A stretch of DNA of 57,544 bases from an uncultured Eubacteriales bacterium (GTDB taxonomy: Bacteria > Bacillota > Clostridia > Lachnospirales > Lachnospiraceae), in assembly GCA_902803205.1 (NCBI GenBank), contig CADCOW010000100.1:1-57544 (forward strand), given 5' to 3'. Below, one piece after another: positions 48,452 through 55,284 of the stretch. The translations under genes were made by a program, and so were the position numbers. Numbering within the stretch: the stretch's first letter is position 1; the number at the start of each line of letters is the position of its first letter. A model generated the notes under the pieces. It did not search any database, was not told the origin of the DNA, and was given only the letters and a program-made list of their open reading frames with translations.

Positions 48452-48570
48452 AGGGTGTCCCTAAATTACCAATAATATACCCGTCCCCAAATTTAAATGC
48501 TGTAGGGGCAGATATCATCCGCCCAAAAGGTGTCCCCAAATCACCAATAATATACCCCGTCCCCAAATTT
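48452..48570. repeat. Right composite flank: B(-) 48452-48494, A(+) 48502-48524, B(-) 48528-48570
   Basis: AGGGTGTCCCTAAATTACCAATAATATACCCGTCCCCAAATTT, then GTAGGGGCAGATATCATCCGCCC, then AGGTGTCCCCAAATCACCAATAATATACCCCGTCCCCAAATTT. Confidence 0.9.
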
Positions 48571-48572
48571 AA

Positions 48573-50192
48573 ATGGTAAGTAGAACTAAAAATATAATAA
48601 TAAATTTGTGCATGAGTACACTTGGTACAATTTTTTTGATTTATTATATCTTTAGGGGAAGTACTGATGTTGTGGCAAGTGATTATATTCGTATAATTAA
48701 TTATTATCTTGAAGATGTAAGTGATTTACACTATTTGTTGTCGTGGGAAGGAATTGCAAGAATACCATTCACATTTCTTATGAGATTTTTAAATGTCAAA
48801 ATATTTAGTTATTCAGTTTTTTTTGACAAAATTATAGGAACTTTTGGATTATTCTTATTTAATATGGTGATACTTAGTTTTGTACTTAAATATTTACATA
48901 GTAAACCCATAAGGATGATTGCAAGTTTTCTAATTACTTATATTTCATTTTCACTTATGGCTTGGGAAATGATTTTAAATGGCACTGGCTATGCTCACTT
49001 TTTAACGGTAGGACTCATGGCATTAACATTTAAAATGTTTGCAAATATAGAGGGAATGAGTATAAATGCAAATGTGAAATTAAAAAATCATTTACAACTT
49101 TCCTTACTAATAATCATTACTTCACTTTGTTTTGCTGGTAGTTATAGTGTATCATATCTTTGCACAATTATTTTCTTTTCAATCGTTTCTATAATAGTAA
49201 GATTGCACAAAAAAGAAAATAGAAAAGAAAAATTTTTAAGTCAAATAGTGTACATTGTGATTTCAATTGTTTGTCTTTCACTTTATTTCAAAAGCAATAA
49301 TACTGGTGAAGCATTGATACCAGTTGGATTTAAAGACATTTCTTTGATTGAATTACTAAAGACGCAACCATTGTTCCCTATTAAGTTTATGCTAAAAAGT
49401 TTGGCGAGCAGTATAATAGGTGTAGAAACATTTGACTATGCACTTAAATTTGGAACCATCAGTGAAAAGTTTATATTTTTGATAGGATTTATATATTTAA
49501 TAATAATTATATTTGTTATAGTATTACTTATAATTAAAATTATAAATGTTGTTCGCATAGTTTATTGTAAAAATGATGTTGATGGTGCGAATGTCACGAA
49601 ACAAAATGAAAGCGAAGTTCTTATAAATGAAGAATTAAGTTTATTTATTTTTATAAGTATGTTTATAGTAGCAGGAATAGCAAACTATTTACTTATATTT
49701 CTTGCAAGATACAAATTTGTTGTTGATAGTTATGGAATGACAAGTAGGTATTCGCTTCAATATATGTTTTTGACTATAGGAATTTTAATGCTTCTTTTAA
49801 AATTGATGGATGAATTATTGGCGAAGCATTTGCAAAATGATGTGAGCATAGTTCAGATGCAAAATAAAAGTGAAACTAAGAAAAAAGTTTTTTTATTAGC
49901 ATTTAATAATAAAATAAAAACATTTTTAATGGTGTCAAGTATAATGTCTCTAAGTTTTATAACGATAGGACATTTGACAACCAACACTGATGAAATTTTT
50001 AAAGCAGATTATAGAAAAATTATATATAGTGTAGTAGAAGATAAGGCAAAAAATTATAAGAATTTGACTGACCAAGATTTAGAAGATACCTTTGAGTATC
50101 ATAGAGGACCAGAACAAATTAGAAAAGCATTTGAAATTCTTGAAAATCAAAAACTAAATATTTTTAGGGAATCACAAAAAAATAATAATTAA
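48573..50192 (+). CDS. Polytopic integral membrane protein of unknown function (possibly cell-envelope glycopolymer related)
   Basis: 539-aa ORF with many long hydrophobic segments. The start is uncertain: ATG 48573 directly abuts repeat B and has no obvious RBS. It lies just upstream of rfbF. Confidence 0.55.
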   Translation: MVSRTKNIIINLCMSTLGTIFLIYYIFRGSTDVVASDYIRIINYYLEDVSDLHYLLSWEGIARIPFTFLMRFLNVKIFSYSVFFDKIIGTFGLFLFNMVILSFVLKYLHSKPIRMIASFLITYISFSLMAWEMILNGTGYAHFLTVGLMALTFKMFANIEGMSINANVKLKNHLQLSLLIIITSLCFAGSYSVSYLCTIIFFSIVSIIVRLHKKENRKEKFLSQIVYIVISIVCLSLYFKSNNTGEALIPVGFKDISLIELLKTQPLFPIKFMLKSLASSIIGVETFDYALKFGTISEKFIFLIGFIYLIIIIFVIVLLIIKIINVVRIVYCKNDVDGANVTKQNESEVLINEELSLFIFISMFIVAGIANYLLIFLARYKFVVDSYGMTSRYSLQYMFLTIGILMLLLKLMDELLAKHLQNDVSIVQMQNKSETKKKVFLLAFNNKIKTFLMVSSIMSLSFITIGHLTTNTDEIFKADYRKIIYSVVEDKAKNYKNLTDQDLEDTFEYHRGPEQIRKAFEILENQKLNIFRESQKNNN

Positions 50193-50231
50193 CATTATTT
50201 TATGAAACCTTAAAAATCAGAAAGGATAATT

Positions 50232-51002
50232 ATGAAAGTTGTGATTTTAGCAGGTGGCTTCGGTACAAGAATAAGTGAGGAGAGTCATCTAAGACCAAAA
50301 CCAATGGTTGAGATAGGTGATATGCCTATACTTTGGCATATAATGAAATATTATAGTAGTTTTGGATTTAATGATTTTATCATTTGCCTTGGATACAAAC
50401 AATATGTTATAAAAGAATTTTTTGCAGATTATTTTTTACACACATCTGATGTGACATTTGATCTTAAAAATAATGAGATGAAAGTCTTAAATAAAAATGG
50501 AGAAGACTGGAAAGTTACTCTCATTGATACAGGTTTAAATACAATGACCGGTGGTCGTGTAAAGAAAATTTTAGATTATGTTCCTGAAGAAGATTTCTTT
50601 TTAACATATGGGGATGGGCTTTCAAATGTAGATTTAAATAAATTATTGGAATTTCATAAGAGCCATAAAAAGATTGCTACAATTACTACTGTATCAATCT
50701 CAAGTATGAAAGGGGTGCTTGAGATAAATGATAATGATATCGTTACTTCATTTAGAGAAAAAGATGGAAGTGATGAAGCAATTATAAATGGTGGTTACAT
50801 GGTTTTGAATAAAAAAATAAAAGACTATATCGCAGGTGATAGCACACCACTTGAAAAAGAACCATTTACAAAATTATCAGAAGATAGAGAGCTTATGAGT
50901 TTTAGACATAAAGGTTTTTGGCAGTGTATGGATACTCAGCGTGAGATGAAATATTTAAATGAATTGTGGGAGAGTGGAAATGCTCCTTGGAAAAGGTGGT
51001 AG
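50232..51002 (+). CDS. rfbF: Glucose-1-phosphate cytidylyltransferase (CDP-glucose synthase)
   Basis: Matches the RfbF pattern along its full length: MKVVILAGGFGTRISEE..KPMVEIG..PILWHIMK.Y...F.DFIICLGYK.YVIKE.F..YFLH.SDVTF...TGGR..GDG......H......T.......G.......V.SF.EK......INGG..VL......W....GNAPWKRW. Confidence 0.9.
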   Translation: MKVVILAGGFGTRISEESHLRPKPMVEIGDMPILWHIMKYYSSFGFNDFIICLGYKQYVIKEFFADYFLHTSDVTFDLKNNEMKVLNKNGEDWKVTLIDTGLNTMTGGRVKKILDYVPEEDFFLTYGDGLSNVDLNKLLEFHKSHKKIATITTVSISSMKGVLEINDNDIVTSFREKDGSDEAIINGGYMVLNKKIKDYIAGDSTPLEKEPFTKLSEDRELMSFRHKGFWQCMDTQREMKYLNELWESGNAPWKRW

Positions 51003-51008
51003 GATAAT

Positions 51009-51887
51009 ATGAAAAAAATAAGATTATTGTTAATGGTATTTATCATTTGTAGTGTAATGTCAACATTTACATTTGCTAATTGGGAGAAAGATTCAAATGG
51101 CAGATATAAATTTTTAGAGCCATCAAGTAATCAGTATGTGACAAACAACTGGCTTCAAGTTGGTTCTAATTATTATTTTTTTGACAATAATGGTTTAGCA
51201 GTTACTGGTTGGTATTTAATCAATGGTAAATATTATTTGTTTGATGCAAATTGTGCTATGCAAGTTGGTTTCGCAGATTACAATGGAAAAACTTATTATC
51301 TTGATCCAAATTCTGGTCGGATGGTTACTGGTTGGATACAGGTTAATAATAATGGAGTATTAGATTATTATTATTTTGCAGAAGATGGAGTTATGTATGA
51401 TGGCTGGAACAAAATTGGAGACAAGTGGTTTTACTTTTTAAATGGTAAATGTCTTGTAGGTACATTTGCAGAGGTAAATGGTGTATGGTATCATTTTGGA
51501 GTAAATGGTGCGATGGATACAGGTTGGGTTTCAGCAAACAATAAAATGTATTATTTCAATTCAAAAAATGGTGGTATGATGAAAGGCTGGGTGCAAGATA
51601 ATAATGGAAATGAATACTATTTATCTGATATAGATGGAAGTTTGGTTGTGAATACAACTGTACAGCTTGGTGGAAGAACTTATGTATTTGATTCGCTTGG
51701 AAGATGTATAGGAAAAGAACAAGGTGTGTATATGGGAGTTTACTATGGTGATAATGCCATAACTAATTATGGAGTTAATCTTGGTATTTCACCAAGTCTT
51801 GGAGTTGGTATGGGTGTCAGTAGTTTTGAACAGCAAAGGATTGATTCGACACCACTTGAAGCAGGTGAAACTTCAGGTCCAAAATAA
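51009..51887 (+). CDS. Secreted cell-wall-binding repeat protein (CW_binding_1 / choline-binding-type repeats)
   Basis: Signal peptide MKKIRLLLMVFIICSVMSTFTFA. About 9 repeats of the form G.YY[FL]...G.M.TGW. Confidence 0.85.
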   Translation: MKKIRLLLMVFIICSVMSTFTFANWEKDSNGRYKFLEPSSNQYVTNNWLQVGSNYYFFDNNGLAVTGWYLINGKYYLFDANCAMQVGFADYNGKTYYLDPNSGRMVTGWIQVNNNGVLDYYYFAEDGVMYDGWNKIGDKWFYFLNGKCLVGTFAEVNGVWYHFGVNGAMDTGWVSANNKMYYFNSKNGGMMKGWVQDNNGNEYYLSDIDGSLVVNTTVQLGGRTYVFDSLGRCIGKEQGVYMGVYYGDNAITNYGVNLGISPSLGVGMGVSSFEQQRIDSTPLEAGETSGPK

Positions 51888-51890
51888 AAT

Positions 51891-53021
51891 ATGAAAGTAT
51901 TAGTTGCTATGTCAGGCGGAGTTGACTCAACCGTTACCGCTCATATATTAAAAAAACAAGGTTATGAAGTAGTAGGTGTAAATTTTAATTTTACTGGGAA
52001 TGATGCTACTTGCATAACCTTTGATGATATTGCTGAAAAATTAGATATTAAAATTATTTACAATGATTATAGACAAGAATTTTATGATAAAGTTATAACT
52101 TCTTTTGTTCGCGACTATGAATCAGGCATTACTCCAAATCCTTGTGCACTTTGCAACAATGTGATGAAATTTGCAAAACTTATAGATGTGATGAAAGAAG
52201 AAAGCTGTGATATGATTGCTACAGGTCATTATGCAAATGTTACAAAAATAAATGACAGATATTGCATAAAGAAAAGTGAAAATGAGATGAAAGACCAGTC
52301 GTATATGCTCTATCGTCTTAGCCAAGAACAACTTTCTCATATCATTTTCCCAATAGGTAATATGGATAAAAAGAATGTGAGGCAAATTGCAACTGAACTA
52401 AATCTTGAAGTTGCAAATAAAAAAGATTCTCAAGATGTTTGTTTCATAAAAGATATTCCATATCAAGAATTTATAAAAAGATATGAATATGGTGATGATT
52501 ATAAAGAAAGAATTGCAAGAGGTGAACTTAAGGAAAAAGATATTTTATTTAAGCCTTATCTTAAAAAGGGAGAGTTTATAGATACCGATGGTAAGGTTTT
52601 AGGTTTTCATAATGGTATAATAAATTATACTATTGGACAAAGAAAAGGATTAAATATTGCTTTTGGTGAAAGAAAATTTGTAGTATCTATAGACGCAAAA
52701 AAAAATCAAGTAATACTTGGGAATAATTCTGATTTACAAGCAACAGAATTTAAAATATATGATATTGTCTACAGTGGACTAACAAAAGAAGAACTTTTAA
52801 CTTTCAGCAAAAAGATGTTTGCAAAACTTCGTTATAGGCACGAACCGACTGAATGTCATTTAAATTTGGGGACGGGGTATAATATTTATGATTTGGGGAC
52901 ACTGTTTATTCCAGTCAAACTTTCAAGTCCAGTTAGAGCCATAACCCCAGGTCAGTCGGCTGTTTTCTATGATGAAGAGGGGAGAATACTATTTGGCGGT
53001 AGAATATCATCACCATCGTAG
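51891..53021 (+). CDS. mnmA: tRNA-specific 2-thiouridylase MnmA, carrying an in-frame repeat-derived insertion
   Basis: PP-loop SGGVDS, NPCALCNN..KF, ATGHYA, KDQSYML, KKDSQDVCF, ITPGQSAVFY. The stop codon TAG 53019-53021 lies inside the GTAG of a family-A repeat. Confidence 0.93.
   Translation: MKVLVAMSGGVDSTVTAHILKKQGYEVVGVNFNFTGNDATCITFDDIAEKLDIKIIYNDYRQEFYDKVITSFVRDYESGITPNPCALCNNVMKFAKLIDVMKEESCDMIATGHYANVTKINDRYCIKKSENEMKDQSYMLYRLSQEQLSHIIFPIGNMDKKNVRQIATELNLEVANKKDSQDVCFIKDIPYQEFIKRYEYGDDYKERIARGELKEKDILFKPYLKKGEFIDTDGKVLGFHNGIINYTIGQRKGLNIAFGERKFVVSIDAKKNQVILGNNSDLQATEFKIYDIVYSGLTKEELLTFSKKMFAKLRYRHEPTECHLNLGTGYNIYDLGTLFIPVKLSSPVRAITPGQSAVFYDEEGRILFGGRISSPS
52860..52907 (+). repeat. 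Family-B repeat copy inside the mnmA coding sequence (48 nt, 16 codons: LNLGTGYNIYDLGTLF)
   Basis: TTAAATTTGGGGACGGGGTATA...TTGGGGACACTGTT matches the intergenic copy at 47582-47627 over 21-nt and 14-nt identical blocks. Confidence 0.85.
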
Positions 53022-53090
53022 TGGCGGATACCATCCCCAAATGTAGGGGCGGATATCATCTCTGATTGTAGCGGCGGATATCATCCGCCC
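53018..53090 (+). repeat. Three tandem family-A REP-like elements directly after (and overlapping) the mnmA stop
   Basis: GTAGTGGCGGATACCATCCCC (53018-53038), GTAGGGGCGGATATCATCTCT (53043-53063), GTAGCGGCGGATATCATCCGCCC (53068-53090). Confidence 0.85.
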
Positions 53091-53103
53091 ATGGTAAAAA
53101 ATA

Positions 53104-54393
53104 ATGAAGTACAAAAATATACAAAAAATAAATAATATTTTAAGAGTAAAGAGTTGTATCATTTTAATTATTGCTCTAATAGTCAATTTATTTGCATGTG
53201 CAAAAACACTAAACTTAGTAGATCCAAATGAAGTAGCAAAAGAATCATTTGATACAGAAACTTTGCAAGCAGTAACCATAGGTATTGAAGCGTATAGTGA
53301 CTTAGATAAAGTTTATCCAAGTGGATTATATAGTGCAGATCAAAAAAATATAGACACTTTAAATGAAAATACTAAGGATGAAATAGATGGTACTGATGAA
53401 AGTATAGAAATTGAAGAAGTCATAGATGAACAAGATTCAGATACAAATGATAATCAGGATAGTGAAAATGGTTTTGAAATAAGACAAGATTTATATGAAG
53501 TTTTAGATATTGATTCAGATAAAACTTCAAGCACAGTATTAGCTACAAGTTCTAATGGCAAGACTATAGTTCGTAATAAAAAAAGGTTTATTGATTATGA
53601 ATACGATACTCTTGACCCAGTGATTGTAAAAAAAGTTTATCTTAATAAAGATTATCAATTTGCAACATTTTCAGTTATAAATTCTGGCTATGCCACACTA
53701 TATATGGTCAATAAAAAAGTTGTGCCAAATTATAAAGGGAAAGTTGTAGCAGTAAATGCCGGACATGGAGTAAATGGTGGAACAAGAAAAAAAACTTTTT
53801 CTCATCCAGATTTTACACCAAAAGTATCAGGTGGGTCAACAAAAGAGGGGGCAATATATTCTTACGCCATATCAGATGGGATGGTTTTCTTAAATGGGAT
53901 TCAGGAATCAGTTGTTAATCTTTTAGTAGCAATTAAACTTCGTGATAAATTAATAAATGAAGGATATACTGTGCTTATGATGCGAGAGGATGAAAAGAGC
54001 CGGCTTGATAATATTGCTAGAATAGTGATTGCAAATGAGTATGCTGACTGTCATTTATCAATTCATTTTGATTCAACTGATGGCGATAAAGGAATTTTTT
54101 ATGTAAAGCCAATTAACAATAAAAAATTTCTTGAGATGGAACCACTTAAATCAAATTATGATAATATAGTTAAATTTGGTAATTGTCTAATAGAGGCATT
54201 TAGAGAAAAAAATGAAAAAATTTGGAGAAATGAGGGCATACTTCCAGGTGACTTAACTCAAATTGCATTTTCAACAAATGCAAGTGTCGATATAGAACTT
54301 GGTGATCGTGCAAGTGTAGTTGATGAAGCAAGAGCAGATGTCTTGGCAGATGGACTACTACTTGGAATCCAAAAATTTTTTGACTTAAATTAG
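53104..54393 (+). CDS. N-acetylmuramoyl-L-alanine amidase (Amidase_3 family), predicted lipoprotein
   Basis: Lipobox-like LFAC after a hydrophobic N-terminus. C-terminal domain VVAVNAGHG...E..VNL.VA.KL...L...GY.V.M.RED........R...AN.....HLSIHFDS. Confidence 0.75.
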   Translation: MKYKNIQKINNILRVKSCIILIIALIVNLFACAKTLNLVDPNEVAKESFDTETLQAVTIGIEAYSDLDKVYPSGLYSADQKNIDTLNENTKDEIDGTDESIEIEEVIDEQDSDTNDNQDSENGFEIRQDLYEVLDIDSDKTSSTVLATSSNGKTIVRNKKRFIDYEYDTLDPVIVKKVYLNKDYQFATFSVINSGYATLYMVNKKVVPNYKGKVVAVNAGHGVNGGTRKKTFSHPDFTPKVSGGSTKEGAIYSYAISDGMVFLNGIQESVVNLLVAIKLRDKLINEGYTVLMMREDEKSRLDNIARIVIANEYADCHLSIHFDSTDGDKGIFYVKPINNKKFLEMEPLKSNYDNIVKFGNCLIEAFREKNEKIWRNEGILPGDLTQIAFSTNASVDIELGDRASVVDEARADVLADGLLLGIQKFFDLN

Positions 54394-54534
54394 GGGACGG
54401 GGTATATTATTTGAAATTTAGGGACACCCTTTAAAATCAAGTAAAATAAACCATTTTTAAGACCAACAGTGTCCCCAATTCGTCAATAATATACCCCGTC
54501 CCCTAATTTAAAAACCAACAGTGTCCCCAAATTT
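54385..54534. repeat. Family-B inverted doublet plus a solo half-copy (REPIN-like)
   Basis: B(+) 54385-54430, B(-) 54464-54510, half copy CCAACAGTGTCCCCAAATT at 54516-54534. Confidence 0.85.
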
Positions 54535-54542
54535 AAAAAAGT

Positions 54543-55148
54543 ATGTTACAACTTCACATAAAAAAAATGAATGTTTTAATTTCTGCCCTCTGCCTTATGG
54601 CATTTCTTTTTGCTTGCTCTACACCTTATGATGAAGAATCAATAAATTCTAATTATATTCCTGAGGCTGCAAATCAATTTGCATTGGATAAGGAAACAGA
54701 GGTTGAGACTAATGAGCCGACTAAGGCACACCGCAACTGGCCAAGCAACTTTAAGTTAAATCCAGCGAAGGAAATTGCGATTGGCGAGAAGCAGTATTTG
54801 ACTAAAATCAACTACATTTACAACAATATTGACCAGTTTCTTGAATCTACCATTATTATAGAAGGAATGTATGGGCAATATACATCTTGGGATGGTACTT
54901 TCAAGAGCCCGATGGTTTATAGAAATGGTCCTGCCGAGCATGGCGATGACCAATATGGCGGTTTTTATCTTGTAAATATAAATGAGCAGGCATACACTTT
55001 AAATGACTGGATAAGGGTGGAGGGAAAGCCATTTATGTATGACCACACTGATACGGATGGTGAAATTCAACACTTTTTGTTCTTAAATGTTGAAAAAATA
55101 GATATTTTGACTGTTAAAGACCGTAAGCCAGAGATGGTAAATGATTAG
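54543..55148 (+). CDS. Predicted lipoprotein of unknown function (GC-richer than its neighbours)
   Basis: Lipobox-like ..MAFLFAC-S. The start may instead be the internal Met at 54567. Hand counts give about 43-47% G+C in 54661-54780 versus about 27% in 53581-53640. Confidence 0.6.
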   Translation: MLQLHIKKMNVLISALCLMAFLFACSTPYDEESINSNYIPEAANQFALDKETEVETNEPTKAHRNWPSNFKLNPAKEIAIGEKQYLTKINYIYNNIDQFLESTIIIEGMYGQYTSWDGTFKSPMVYRNGPAEHGDDQYGGFYLVNINEQAYTLNDWIRVEGKPFMYDHTDTDGEIQHFLFLNVEKIDILTVKDRKPEMVND

Positions 55149-55194
55149 ACTTCTTTAAATGCGAAATCCGCCCAAAGGGTGCCCTTAAAAACAC

Positions 55195-55223
55195 TTGCAA
55201 AATATACGAAAATAGTGTAATAT
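55195..55223 (+). promoter_or_regulatory. Candidate promoter of the 55285 gene
   Basis: TTGCAA (55195-55200), 17 nt spacer, TAATAT (55218-55223), with TG immediately upstream. Confidence 0.45.
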
Positions 55224-55284
55224 AGATATGTATGAGTTTTACCCTTGGAAGTTTGGGTTGCAAAAAAATTGTAGAGGAATAGGT

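Larger units (their letters stand above)
47497..48570 (+). mobile_element. REPtron-like unit: Y1/HUH transposase gene flanked by mirror-image B-A-B composite repeats
   Basis: The left flank 47497-47627 is the near reverse complement of the right flank 48452-48570. Confidence 0.6.

Noticed and set aside
47497-48570. An ordinary IS200/IS605 insertion sequence.
   Set aside because: IS200/IS605 elements carry different subterminal hairpins on the same strand and no terminal inverted repeats. Here the flanks are mirror-image composites of repeats that are also dispersed on their own, and the protein has an extra C-terminal HTH region. The element fits the REP-associated (RAYT-like) pattern better. 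This needs a genome-wide copy count.
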